A stretch of 60,341 nt of DNA, filler included, from Globobulimina sp. (lineage: Eukaryota): the NCBI GenBank assembly GCA_003354225.1. It is 13 parts of 13 records of this genome, joined end to end, with 100 filler letters (N's around TTAATTAATTAA, not from the genome) between each part and the next. Parts side by side here need not be neighbours in the genome. Positions count along the whole stretch, not along the records: positions 41,857 to 46,403 come from PIVH01001134.1; positions 46,504 to 51,049 come from PIVH01001135.1; positions 51,150 to 55,695 come from PIVH01001136.1; positions 55,796 to 60,341 come from PIVH01001137.1; 9 more parts are not named here. One strand, written 5' to 3'. The notes under the pieces are model-generated. The model ran no database searches, had not been told where the DNA came from, and saw only the letters and a program-made list of their open reading frames with translations. The translations under genes were made by a program, and so were the position numbers. Positions 44,741 to 57,110 of the stretch are shown piece by piece; positions within the stretch are counted from its first letter, which is position 1; each line of letters starts with the position of its first letter.

Positions 44741-46403
44741 ATGGCACTCAACATCAAGAAATACAATCAAATGATAGTTTTCTCATTGCTGATTGGAAGT
44801 GTTATTGTTATGTTTTTCTTAATATTATTTCATGAGGGAGATGATCCAGATATCAATGCAAATAATATTGATATTCGTGTGATGAGACTGAATGAGATCA
44901 ACCAAACCAAAAACCAATTAATGACAAAATTCACTAAACGTGTTGATGAATTGCAAAAGATGTACAATGCAAATTATACGCAAATTATAAAAGAAAAAGG
45001 AAAATTAAAACAATTAAATAAACAAAACGAAGCATTACAAATCGAATTGGATCATTATAAAAATATGTATTTATCATTGAAATATCCATCGATATCATTA
45101 CAAGAGTTGAATGAGCAGCAATTTTGTTGGGCAAACATGCAAAGCTCCAGCAACCAACGCAAATTATTGCAATATATTCATGAGCGTCAATTCAAACCAA
45201 ATTGTGATCTTAATTCAAACAAATATCTGATTTATGACATTTATCTAGAAAAAGGCTCGGGTTTGGGAGCTTCAATGATGGGCAAATTATCCAGTTATTT
45301 TACTATTGCTTTGCAATTAAATCGCACGTTTTTGTTGTCGGGAAAGTTGGATTGGACCATCGATACTCATTACTGTCAGCATAAAATGGCGATGGAATGC
45401 TATTTCCTGCCATTGTCCAACTGCAATGCAACAGAATTATTACTAAATATAAACAAAACTGATGGCCGAATGTACCATGGAGGCAAAATACCCACTGACT
45501 GTGCGTTTGGAGGCAATGATCTTTTTCATAACTTATCCCAATGTGAATATAAAATCATTCACATTTCGCAAAAAGCAGGCAAACCCATTTTAGAACGACC
45601 CATGGAAAGATTCAGCAGAACTATGTTTGATATGCGTTTGTTTGGATATTATTCAATGTTGACATCATTTATGATGCGGCCACAAGTTTCCGTGAGAAAT
45701 ATTATTGAGAATAAGATCAAAGTATCAATACAAAAATCGTTGGGCTCCAGCGTCACCAGCAACGATTTGGATCCTTCAGCAATTATTTCGCTGCCAATCC
45801 GAGCATCGGATAAATGTTTGAATATCAATAATATCACAGATAAAAAGTATAGCCATCGAGCGGAGATAACATGTTTTACTCCGCTCGAATATGTTTTGCT
45901 TATGAATGCGATTAAATATTTCACAGATTCGCAGATTAGTGCTGTCATTCTGACCTCTGAAGATAACGTGTTTCTGCAGAAAGTGGTAACTCTGATGAAA
46001 GATGACTCGGTTTCCAATGTTACAGAATGGAAAGTAATACGGAATACGGAGGATTTCAGTGTTGGTGAAGGCACAACGACGTATATACAGACTATAAAGA
46101 GAGTGAATGGAAGCATTGATGAAAAGGTTGGCAGTTCGCTGGAAACTGATCATGTGATTTCTGCATTGTCCTCGTTAATTTTACAAATTCATTTGGAAAC
46201 TCAATATATGGTTTATTTGCAATCATCATCGTGGACCAAATTAATGTGGCATTGGCTTGGTACTTTGCAGTGTAATCATGAAAATGGTCAAATTCAAAGC
46301 AAAGGTGAAAATAATAAATGCATTGCGTTGATAACGCCGGGATACATAGGACCCACAAACAAGAAATATGTTCGATTTTCAAAGGATATTTGGCAAAGAC
46401 TGC
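44741..46403 (+). CDS. FUT8/GT23-like alpha-1,6-fucosyltransferase; 3'-partial
   Basis: TM anchor, coiled coil, YIHERQFKPNC, SGLGAS, ALQLNRTFLL, CYFLPLSNC, LPIRASDK (HVRRTDK-like), LTSED and SSSWTKL. Confidence 0.75.
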
Positions 46404-46503
46404 NNNNNNNNNNNNNNNNNNNNNNNNNNNNNNNNNNNNNNNNNNNNTTAATTAATTAANNNNNNNNNNNNNNNNNNNNNNNNNNNNNNNNNNNNNNNNN
46501 NNN

Positions 46504-49500
46504 AGATATCGTTTGGCATATTCCCAATAGGGATATGACCATAACTCGCAAATTGCTTCTTTTGCTGCAATTGATTGGGAATTAATAACCAGTTTTGCAG
46601 CATTTCTTGCGTTGCGAATTGATACCATTGCAATGCCGGATACCTATTATCCAATTCATTGAAATGGAAGGGTATAATTGGGAAACTATCACAAATCATT
46701 GGTATTTTGGAATAAATATCATTTAAATTTAATGTAGTTTGTAATAGTAATATAGATGGACCATTTAATAGCAATTTATATTCATTTAAAAACTTATTAC
46801 ATTCCGCATATCCTTTGTTGATACTTTTAACTTTAACCTCTTTCACATTCAGTTCAATGTCGTTATAATGATTTAATTTGTAATGATTAATTAATTCGCG
46901 CGCTTGTTTTGGTAATGAACTGGCCACATTTGCTAACTTATGTTTTTTATTCGGATTAACTGCAATGATTCGACACTGATATTCATTGTATCCCTCCCGC
47001 TTCAGTTGGTAAATAAATGCAAATATCGCTCGTATTTCATCACATGAATGATAAAAATAAATATATTTTATGCAGTCTCTGCTTAATGTCTCATCATCGT
47101 TATGTTCTAAGCGCAACATATCAAATTTGGCTGCTTGCATATAACTTTGTTGTGCAGTGGATCGGAACTCCAACTCTTTCAAATCAAAACCTAGCGTAGA
47201 ATGCGAATTTTGCATATTTGTCGTGGCAGAAACTGCACTGCAACAACCTAAATACGATATAATTCGAAATATTAATGGCACATTGGTCTCATACACCCCT
47301 TCTACACACGGATGCGTTAAAAACGTGCTAATTTCTTGCTGATCGCGTTGATATTCATCTTCTGCCATCTCCAACTGCACCAAATCCAAACACAACCGCG
47401 AACGCGGCAGATTTCGTGTCACCAACTTCCCTCTCGATTGTAGCTTGGGGAAACTTTCAATTTTGCTCACATTGATATAAAATGGACGCTTTACATTCAA
47501 TTTAACTCTCCGCAGCCGATTATTGACATAGATCCATAATACAAACTTTCCAGCGGAGTCCACCGACACAATCTGTACAATTTGCCAGGAATTATTATAT
47601 AGCTCATCCAGGCGTTGTTGTAATCGAAAGTATCCATCAGCACCGCCATTATTATCATTATTGTTGCTGACTCGCCGCCTTTTATTGCGTCCGTCATCCG
47701 CTGCTCCCATATCCTGTCGGCCCCGCTTTCTTTTCTTCTTTTTAATTCGCGATTTGCTGTCTTGTTGTTGTTGCCATAACGCTTTGCTTTGTTGCAGCCA
47801 ATTTGAGAAATCACCGTCAAAATCAGCGTCTACATTAACTTTCTCCTCTATCACATTCATATTGCTCTGATTCAAAGTCGTATTGACAGTGGATTGAGAG
47901 TCAATATTCATGCCTGAAATTTGTAACTCCGAGTCCTGTAATTCGGAGTCTTGCAACATTGAGTGGTTCAGCAGCATGACAGTATCATTGGGATTCCGTT
48001 TGCTTGCTTGGTTTCGTTTTCGTTGCGCAGACATAAATGACAATGGCGTTGGTTTAGAAGCACAATCTTCAATATCCATCATATTCGTATTGGATCTATT
48101 ATGCTGTTTCGGTGCTGGTTTACTGTTATTAGGCTTATTCTTGCCGCCTTGATTGAAGAATTGAGTGATTTTCCGCTGTTGGAACTTGTCATTTTTCTCT
48201 GCCAATTTCTTATGCAACCAACCAGGATGCACCAAATTGGGCAATGGATTGACAATATCTTGCATCGCAGCAGGAATAGTAATGATTTTCTGGATATTGG
48301 CTCCAATCCGTTTCCTATAATATGCCCAATCCAAAATAGAGCGAATATCAAAATCGCACATATTGGAATCTTTCGTCCATTTTTTCAAATATTGCTTCAT
48401 CACTGCCCGTTCGCATTTGAATATTTCCACCGGCACAGCCCGCGAAGATACGGGCGAATCGATGGGCTTTGCGGATATTATAAACTTACACGATAACTTA
48501 CCACCACTTAACACAGAATCACCTGTCAAACACACACAAAATACATTGCCTAACAAAGAAAAAAATACAGTATCTATACCTAAAAAGGCAGCTAATCGCT
48601 TCGCACAAGTAATCGAAGTCGACTTTGAGTCGCCATATTCCGCCAAAGCTTTGCTCATATTTTTATTCTCTGTAATATAATCAAACAGATCCTCATCCGT
48701 CAATTCCTTGGCTTTCGTGTCCAAAATATCCAACCAACGCTTCCCCACTGCCGCGACTGCGGCATACACCTCACTCAAACTATTCCCTTTCAGGAATGTG
48801 GGGAACACTGCTTCTTGGAAAATCTTAATCATTTGCAACTCACCGCGTCGCTTAATTTCAAAGCCTTTCAACTCCTCCAAACTGCCGTCATGGTTGAACA
48901 CAGCATACCGTTTCTTCAATTTTCTGCCTTCCTCAGTGGAGGCCGGTAATATCATACATCGATACGGCCCATCCACCTCAAAGAAAATACTGCATTCCTC
49001 GCGAATCTCATACTGTAATTTGGCGTCGTCGATCAGTTCGTGATGCTGCGTATTTGTAAACCTTTGATGTGTGCGAATATTCAACATCGAACCGGGATAT
49101 TCCATCTCCAAATGTTTCTCGCTGTCTTTTAATTTGATCTTAAATATTTCCGGGAAACCTGACGGCAACAACGTCCATATACCGTCGGTGTCCAATTCCA
49201 GCGGGATGCCGATATTATTAATCAGCTCATGCGCATCGCGAATAATTTGCCCGCCAATATGCGTGGTGATGGCAGCCATATCCATATTATACCAACGCGA
49301 GCCTCTCCGCATGACATAGCCATAAAACGAGTTCAAAATACAATTGTGAGCCAATTGGATGCTGTCGTACATAATCGCATATTTATCCGCATTGTTCTTA
49401 TCCACAGCGGACGTACTTTTCTTCCCTTTGCTCTTCCACTGCGACTTCAGCCGCTTATAATGATACCGCCGATCGCGGAAACTGCGCACGGTGTCCACAT

Positions 49501-51049
49501 AAAAGCCATTCTCCCGTTGACAGACACAAGATTCCCGCTCCTCCTCTGTGGTCACAGTGGCTTTCCGATACACTTTCTGAGAGTAGATCTTTATCCGTGC
49601 TTTTAATAATTCGTTCTGTTGATCAGCAGTCAAGTCCGCGAAGTTGAACTTGGAGCTCTCTTGTTTCTTTTGCCAGTAATTGAGCTGTGACAATTTGTTA
49701 ATGACCTTCGCATCGAACGATTCGTACTCGATTTGGGCGCGTAACTGGTTATACTCGCCTTTGCTGGACGGGAAGTACTTTCCTCTCCAACGCCATGGCA
49801 GGAAACGTTGACATTGCTTTCCAGGCCGGTTGAAGTCGCACGAGGCACAAATCTCGGAATTCACAATGGCCACTGGCTGCAGTCGGTTAGTTAGGATTAT
49901 ATTGGGATACATAGAGGCCACATCCAAATGATATATCAACGGCTCACGGATGAAATACCCGTCGTTCTCTTTCAAAGCAGACAACTGTGATATGATCGCA
50001 GCAGCGGTCTCTTGCACGGACACAGTGTCCACATCGCTCATTTTTTTCAGTTTTTCAGATTGTATGAAGAATTTGATAGTGTCTGGAACCGCGGCGATCA
50101 ATTTGTCAATGGTATCACCATCGATTTTGAATTTGTACTTGAGATCACAGCGAAACACGCCGCTCTCGAATGCTTCCACTGTGCCACCAATATAAGTCTC
50201 AGAATCCAACACGTGGCCCTTATGAAATTTGAGTCCTCCGTCGCGCTGTTTGTTGGGAGCGACGATGTTTTTGTCGTACGCCTTCACCATCAATAAGGCC
50301 TCGCATAATGTACCAGTGCCTTTACGCAGTACATGGCCGGAGGTGAGCGGTACAATTTGACAGAGAGAAAAGATGAAATCCTGCACGTATTGCTTGAATA
50401 AATAGTACGTGGCCACTGCGTCGGATACGGAGTATGTGGCCAATTCGGCCGGTTTGTTATAAGCGTACGGAAGCATTAACTCTGGGTCCAATTCGACCGG
50501 ATTGTATTTCAACTTTTTCCTCGTCACAGCCTTCAAATTCTGCGAACCTTTTGGTTAGCGGTGGTATACAAATAATATGCTTTGGAATATATATTTGAAA
50601 CGTACCTTGTGGCAAATACGAATCTCGTGAAACCCAGGCATAGCAATCGATATTCACCACAAATCGGCCAATGTAGACATCCGATTTGCTGTCTTTATAT
50701 ATGCCAATCTCGCGACTAATATCGAGGCCGTAATGAAAGGCTCGTTTCTCAATAAAAGGCCAATCGAAAAAATCGCCGTTGTAATGTACATAGCAATGCG
50801 GCCGTTCATCGCGAATATGCTCAAAGAATCGCTGTAACAGCGCACGCTCATTGGCTTCGTTGAAGATAGTAAACACGCCAACTAACTCTGGCTTTGGTGT
50901 GTACTCAAAATCTTCAATGTCTTGGCTGACAATCTCGCGATTTACAATCAAATATCCGTCCGTATCGATCATGTACGAGATCATTATGATGCGGTCATGG
51001 TCGGCATTGGGGAACTTTAGCGGCGCTTTTTCAGTCTCAATATCAAAGG
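46504..51049 (-). CDS. POLE: DNA polymerase epsilon catalytic subunit; introns 50548-50605 and 48523-48579; partial at both ends
   Basis: Exonuclease motifs [22 protein letters not shown] and [11 protein letters not shown]. Polymerase motifs [41 protein letters not shown] and [13 protein letters not shown]. Confidence 0.97.
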
Positions 51050-51149
51050 NNNNNNNNNNNNNNNNNNNNNNNNNNNNNNNNNNNNNNNNNNNNTTAATTA
51101 ATTAANNNNNNNNNNNNNNNNNNNNNNNNNNNNNNNNNNNNNNNNNNNN

Positions 51150-51253
51150 ATATCAACATCTGAAATGATAATATCCACGTCTGCCTGTTGTTTTAGGTAG
51201 TTCCATGCAACAGCTCCATTTTCAAATGTTTGAACCTCACGATTCACACAATA
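51150..51253 (-). other. Fragment encoding a bacterial-type response-regulator receiver segment
   Basis: The minus strand reads YCVNREVQTFENGAVAWNYLKQQADVDIIISDVD, in a different frame from the TUT-like ORF it overlaps. Confidence 0.6.
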
Positions 51254-53192
51254 TTTTATAAGCCCGATGGAATTCGTCGCTTATCCGCTTTAACGTGGTC
51301 GGATTCACATTTTGCGTCAAATTTGTTTTCGAATTGAATGGATTTTCCACGCACAAGCAATGTTTATCCGGCTCCAGATTCCATTTCTTTTCCGCTTTCA
51401 TCAAATAAGTGCCAGTCCGCACAGACACGACATCTTTCTCAAAATCGAATTTATGCGAGTAAAAGTAAAAGAAATTCACCAATAATTTGGAATGCGGCTC
51501 CTCATTCTTGCTGGCAAAGTCCCTGTACTTCTGCTCATTAATTTGATAGTCGTCCTGCGTGCTCCACGGCGACAGACCGCTCTCTCGGTCAAAGATCATG
51601 ATGGACAGCGTGGGCAACACGCGGCGTAATTGCAGGAAATTGATCACCATCAACACCAAGGCGTACGTCGACAGTGTGCCCGCAATGTGATCATTGATCT
51701 TCCTCTGCCGCGACCAGTATTTCACCACTCGACACAACAACGCAAAGCGCGGATCGATGGACTCGTAGGCGGCGAAAAAGCGCGAAGAGCCGATCTCTGG
51801 CAAGTTATTCAACACTAAATCCACAAAACAGTGCGATTTCTTGTCAAAAAAGGAGAGATGCGCGACATTGCTCATATAGCTGCCATGCACACTCTTGTTC
51901 ATATCGTCGATCACGCGGGTTTTGCCAAACTCGCTCCTATGTCTGTCCTCTCTCAATGTGGCGGCAATGAACTCAATCCCCTCCACATGCGACATGCCCA
52001 ATTTCTTGCACCGTATACAAAAATCAAAGTCGCTGTAATCTTTGATGAAGAGCTTGTGTTTGGACGAGCCGTAACTGACAATATCAAAGCCTTTGAACCG
52101 GTCTTCTTTCTTCAATATGTCCGACAAGGCGTTCATGATTCGGCTCTGATTGGCCGCCACCTCGCCTTCGGAGATGGCGATCTGTGATATCAACTGACTC
52201 ATTCTACTGCCGATGTACACGTAGCCCATCGGAGGGATATCGCCCGGGCTCTGCTTCTTCTTTTGAGCGTGGTTCATATGCTCCGCTTTGCGGGCCACGT
52301 CCAGGCGCGGCGTCTGCGGCTTGTTGAGCCCGTTCTTCTTCATTTGCTGCGAATAGGCCCCTTTGGTCCAATTGAACTTCCGGTCGGGAATGGCCGTGGT
52401 GGACTGCGCCTGGCGGTAATTCTGTTTGTACACATTGGCCTGCTGCTGCTGCTGCGGTTGCTGGTTGTAATAATAATGGTGATTGCCGTGGTTGCCCCGC
52501 GGGGTCACGCTGTTATATAATTGCTGATGATGGGCTTGGATGTAATTTTGATTCTGGTTTTGCTTATAATCCGAGAATAGATTTAGATTTCGGACGCGGC
52601 GTCGATGGGTGTACGGCGTCTGCGGCACTTCGTATTTGTTCGCATTGTTGCTCGCATATTTCCTCTCTTGTTTCTCTTTCAATATTTGCTGCTGTTCGCC
52701 AAAAGTGATTAAATGGTGTTGCGTGGAGGCGAATTGATCGTAATATCGCTGGAATTTGTCGAATTGAGACCGTGTGTTCATATCCAAGATGTATTTGTAT
52801 TTGGCGTCCAAACTGCGCTTCATTTTGGTGAATTGCTCGTAAATACCAATGATTAGACCTTGGAGCGTGCTCGACATACTATAGTACGACGCCTGTATGC
52901 TATTGTAGCCGTGCTGATATTTCAACATATCCATGTTGCTATGACCGCTGTTGTACTCAGACTGCAAGTTTTGTAAAGTGATATGTAATTGTTGTTGCTC
53001 GCCGTATACCCGCCTATATTCCGCATGTAATATATCCAATTTATCTGCAAAATACGCCACTTGGTTTAAGGTGGTATGGATCACCATGGGGTCACTGATC
53101 CGCGGCGGCGACGTTGCCGGCGTTCGGGGCTGAAATGTAGACACAAAACAATATGTAGCTGCGGTGCATTGGCATTGGCGATAATTAAGCAA
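51237..53192 (-). CDS. Cid1/TUT/GLD-2-like non-canonical poly(A)/poly(U) polymerase with a Gln/Asn-rich N-terminus
   Basis: YGSS..SDFDFC, VDLVLNN, DPRFALLCRVVKYWSRQRKIND..GTLSTYALVLMVINFLQ and PAP-associated LCVENPFNSKTNLT. Start uncertain (first in-frame ATG at 53087). Confidence 0.9.
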   Translation of the reverse strand: MLNYRQCQCTAATYCFVSTFQPRTPATSPPRISDPMVIHTTLNQVAYFADKLDILHAEYRRVYGEQQQLHITLQNLQSEYNSGHSNMDMLKYQHGYNSIQASYYSMSSTLQGLIIGIYEQFTKMKRSLDAKYKYILDMNTRSQFDKFQRYYDQFASTQHHLITFGEQQQILKEKQERKYASNNANKYEVPQTPYTHRRRVRNLNLFSDYKQNQNQNYIQAHHQQLYNSVTPRGNHGNHHYYYNQQPQQQQQANVYKQNYRQAQSTTAIPDRKFNWTKGAYSQQMKKNGLNKPQTPRLDVARKAEHMNHAQKKKQSPGDIPPMGYVYIGSRMSQLISQIAISEGEVAANQSRIMNALSDILKKEDRFKGFDIVSYGSSKHKLFIKDYSDFDFCIRCKKLGMSHVEGIEFIAATLREDRHRSEFGKTRVIDDMNKSVHGSYMSNVAHLSFFDKKSHCFVDLVLNNLPEIGSSRFFAAYESIDPRFALLCRVVKYWSRQRKINDHIAGTLSTYALVLMVINFLQLRRVLPTLSIMIFDRESGLSPWSTQDDYQINEQKYRDFASKNEEPHSKLLVNFFYFYSHKFDFEKDVVSVRTGTYLMKAEKKWNLEPDKHCLCVENPFNSKTNLTQNVNPTTLKRISDEFHRAYKILCES

Positions 53193-53257
53193 ATTCGCAA
53201 CATTTGCTATAATCTACCGAACTTTCTCCGCATTTGTAATCAGAAACGTTTGTCCAA

Positions 53258-53642
53258 ATGGAGAATGAAGCAACGCATCAACAATTGTTAGGGATACAGG
53301 TCGTTGCAAAGCCACCCAAAGCCAGAGGACGATACGTGACAAACTTAGAGGAGGACGACAAATATCAGAGACGTAAGGAACAGAACCGTGCGGCACAAAG
53401 ACGGTCAAGACAGCGAACCGCAAATGCAATTGCTAAAATACATCAATTTCAACATGTTATTGCGCAGTTAAGCAAACAATTAAAAGTTGAGTCATTACGT
53501 ACAATGGTTTGACTGTTGAAACTGCACTGTTTGCCTTTTTAACGCATTGTTTCTCAAAACATCTACACAAAATAAACAGGAAAAAGACGCGATTATAACA
53601 CAATTAAAAGCAGAGAATCAAAGATTAAAAGCACAGCATTGA
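53258..53642 (+). CDS. Small bZIP transcription factor; intron 53507-53579
   Basis: Basic region KYQRRKEQNRAAQRRSRQR. The zipper continues after splicing as EKDAIITQLKAENQRLKAQH*. Confidence 0.8.
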
Positions 53643-53698
53643 GAGGTGGCACGTTGTACTTGTTTGTGTGAGTGTGAGTGTCATTGTATTTATGTAAA

Positions 53699-54577
53699 CT
53701 AAACTTGATTGTTCCTCGGGGACTGCTCCCATTGAAAGGGAAACTCGCGCGGCGTCGGCGCACTCTTATAATCAGTATGAGGATGTTGTGGGACATGTCC
53801 ATTGTACAGGGTATGCTGCGTAGAATGTCCATTGGAAGAGACAGGGATATTATATTGCACTTCACTGTCATCAGTTAAATCTATGCGAGGTGGCGCCATG
53901 CCAATTGTTAACGGGACGCCTGCCTCTTCGTACTCGTACTCACTGTGTGTAATGTATTACATTTATAGCTCTGATTTCAGACAGGACATAAACACTAAAC
54001 TCGTAGATTGGTACTGGTGCAGTTTGCGTAGTAGTTGCTGTGACATTGGCGGCGGTGGTAAGTGCTTTATGTTTGGTGTGATTGGGTTGTTGTTGTTGTT
54101 GTGGATGAATGTTGGTTTGTGTGGTGATTTTCTTTTTAAGTGTGGTTTTTTTCTCGATGGCTTCTTTCATTTTTTTCTGGAAATCGTTTGCCAATTTATT
54201 TGGCTGTGATGGTGGTTGCGAGGATGGTAATATGTGTGGGTAGAGAGTGAATTTGGCAGTGATGGGATTCGGCGAGTTTGCTGCGGATAAATCCATAGTG
54301 GCTTGCGAGATTGGCACGGAGTCTCCGAAGGTGTTGATGGATATTAAGTCGTCGAAAGGGGTCAATGGAGTTTCGAGGTCGAAGTTCAAATCTGGCGGGG
54401 ACTTATTTATAATTATATGGTTTGTGGTCGATTTGTAGTGAATTGAGATGGACATACATCGACATTAAGTAATGGAGGATCAGCGGGTGTTGGTTGTTGG
54501 TTAAATGGCGGTGTTTGTGACTGATAGGAATATGTGAAATTTGTTGGATGGTCGATGCGATTTTGAATGTTCGCCAT
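53699..54577 (-). CDS. Low-complexity Pro/Gln/Thr-rich hypothetical protein, spliced; 3' end uncertain
   Basis: Exon starting MANIQNRIDHP at 54577, donor near 54457, continuing into ORF 53940-54455 and probably a further exon. Confidence 0.4.
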
Positions 54578-54797
54578 TCTCTCTGTTTATAAAAGTATTA
54601 TTATTATTTTGTTTTTTTTTTTGGGATAAAAATGCTAAACAAAAATGGTGCTTTTGCTGTCTTCGAACAATATGTAATTAAATGTGTGCGATTGGAAGGT
54701 CAACAAGTAATTTATAAGTTTCCTTGTTCTTTTTTTTATTTATTTACTATATAAAATGTAATCTAATTCAGTATGGATTTTATATCATGTATCTTGA

Positions 54798-55334
54798 CTA
54801 AGTCAACTGAGGGATGCTTGAATATACAGATATTAAGCGTTTTTTTAGTGGAAGTTTTTGTTCGGTGTCTCCGTTTTTTGTTTGGTAGCACATGTTGTTT
54901 ATCAGATATATACAAAAATACAAATTAAATTTACTGTGGAAACCTTCTGTGTTGGAAATTAATATACGTACTGAACTTATTGGTATATCCGCAGAACATT
55001 CATTGATATGAATATGCATCATATTATCAGCTTGACTTTGTTTCTTCGATTGAATAACATCCATCACAATATTTGAAAATTCAGTTTTATCTTTCATTTT
55101 TATTGTAACATTAATATCCTCATTATCATCAATTTGCTGTTCAATTACTTTTTGAATTTCCTCTTTGTTATTTAAGGAAAATAGTTGAGATAATGTAAAA
55201 TGGCATTTTTCTAACAATAAACTTAATATATATCCTAATTTTTTTGCTCGTAATTTATCTTTTAACACTTTCCCATAATCCAGATCCAGTGAATTAATAA
55301 TCATCTCTGTCAATGATGGAATGGATGATGTCAT
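54798..55334 (-). CDS. Hypothetical protein
   Basis: ATG-started 178-aa ORF in AT-rich DNA; possible intron near the 3' end; no family recognised. Confidence 0.45.
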   Translation of the reverse strand: MTSSIPSLTEMIINSLDLDYGKVLKDKLRAKKLGYILSLLLEKCHFTLSQLFSLNNKEEIQKVIEQQIDDNEDINVTIKMKDKTEFSNIVMDVIQSKKQSQADNMMHIHINECSADIPISSVRILISNTEGFHSKFNLYFCIYLINNMCYQTKNGDTEQKLPLKKRLISVYSSIPQLT

Positions 55335-55856
55335 TCTTTATTAATAAGTTGCGATAATTTATATCGCAAATGATACTGACTTATAGTATTCTTAATTTCT
55401 TTTGGTTATATAGATTGTTGATGGCTCGTAATATTAATATTTTATATAAGCTGATAATGAAAGATTTGGACAAATTCAAATATTTTTGTGTTTCAAGTTA
55501 CTTAAAGTTTTGAAGTACTTCAACTGCAATGGAAGTTATGGAAACAGTTCCAACGTAAAAGGCTGACTAATGGTGATTTTGACGGCCATTTGGTAGTATC
55601 GTATACGAATCAATTTAAATTGGAATGGTCGACCCGCGGCGTGATCGAATCGAGTGGCTATCAATGCAGTATTTGGTCGCCAAAGTTGGGCGCCANNNNN
55701 NNNNNNNNNNNNNNNNNNNNNNNNNNNNNNNNNNNNNNNTTAATTAATTAANNNNNNNNNNNNNNNNNNNNNNNNNNNNNNNNNNNNNNNNNNNNCAATC
55801 TGGTCTATTAGCAGAGAGCAAACAGAAGAAAAAATAACTTAATTAAGCTATCTGCA

Positions 55857-56198
55857 ATGACCTCAAGGTACTGGGCATTGCATGCGTGTTTTGCAAAGCC
55901 ATTGAATGGGATTGGCACAATAATTGGAACCTTTGTTTTAGAAAATGCTGGCTATACAGGCGGCGGTGATTGGCATGATTTGAGTGATGAGACACAATTA
56001 AATGTACAATATTCGTTGTTTCATTTGTTAGTATGGTTTATATTTCCCACTGCCTGTTTGCAATATGTTGTATTTAGATTCTACGATTTAGAAAATGAGA
56101 AATTAAAAGATATTGAAAATACTGTTGCGACATATCAAAAAAAGAAAAATCGAAAAATTCCAAATGATACACAATATGGTGCCACAATTACTGAATAA
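55857..56198 (+). CDS. Last exon of an MFS (MFS_2/MFSD13A-like) transporter; 5'-partial
   Basis: YWALHACFAKPLNGIGTIIGTFVLENAGY..LFHLLVWFIFPTACLQYVVFRFYDL fits TM11-12 of MFS_2-type carriers. Confidence 0.65.
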   Translation: MTSRYWALHACFAKPLNGIGTIIGTFVLENAGYTGGGDWHDLSDETQLNVQYSLFHLLVWFIFPTACLQYVVFRFYDLENEKLKDIENTVATYQKKKNRKIPNDTQYGATITE

Positions 56199-56240
56199 AT
56201 AATGATTATTTATATTGTCTTTTATTTAAGTTTCAAGTAT

Positions 56241-56321
56241 TTGTTATAACTTTGTACTGTATTTGCAAACCAAAGACAAAGTTATAACAAAGCCAACACA
56301 AAGCTATAGCAAACCGTTTCT
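56241..56321 (+). repeat. Palindromic dispersed element
   Basis: 15-bp perfect inverted repeat TTGTTATAACTTTGT/ACAAAGTTATAACAA (56241-56290) followed by GCTATAGCAAACCGTTTCT. Homologous to 18901-18985; the last motif also occurs at about 20800. Confidence 0.8.
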
Positions 56322-57110
56322 GTATGTAACAGTGGTTATCTTTTTAATAGCATCCTTAAACTAAAAGAAGTCAATCCGACCATGGATTCAAACATCAGTC
56401 GAAGAATGATGTAATATCTAATGTTAATGTTTATGAAGATAAATTGTTGGAATTCATGCGCATATAAACTGTTTATTATATCTATGAACATGATTGAAAA
56501 ACGAGATGTGATTCGATCGATTTATTTAATTCGATATGAAAAAGCTTATTGAGATGTAGCGATATTAAACAATATATCAGCTACTTGTTGACGAAACCAC
56601 TGCTGTTCATCTGTTGGAACCAAAACCAAATTATCGAAAACTACCATTGTATGCATATCAAATCCATTAATTATTAGATTTTTTGTATGTACTTCCATGC
56701 ATTTGTCCATTAGGGAACATTTTGACAAATATATTTAAATCTAATCCGCGGATTTCCATACATTCAATACCTTATCGTTACTGAAGATAGAGTGATATCT
56801 ATTGCATCAATTATTTAATTATTAAAATGATATCAGATATTCTGTTACGAGAGTTACGACGGGCAAATGATCATAATTTACAGTTTTGAGTTTTGTATCC
56901 TTGCACTGGTTGAGTTTAATGGCAAATTTCATACAATGAATAATGAATACATTAATTATATACATCTAGCTACAAATGTACAAACTGCAAAGTAATTGCA
57001 AATTCTGTCTCATGTATGTTGTATTTTTATACTGTATTTGTATGATATTTGTATCATATCATATACATATACCATGTCACCAACATAACCAATGCCATAT
57101 TTTTATATAT

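Noticed and set aside
48523-48579. 19-aa hydrophobic insertion in POLE (possible intein or novel insert)
   Set aside because: It is a 57-bp in-frame GT-AG intron of typical size with no intein motifs.
4554-55795. Regularly spaced TTAATTAATTAA motifs and apparent gene neighbourhoods across them
   Set aside because: These are artificial linkers between length-sorted contigs. Adjacency across a linker has no biological meaning, and ORFs ending in X..N or X..LIN are truncated.
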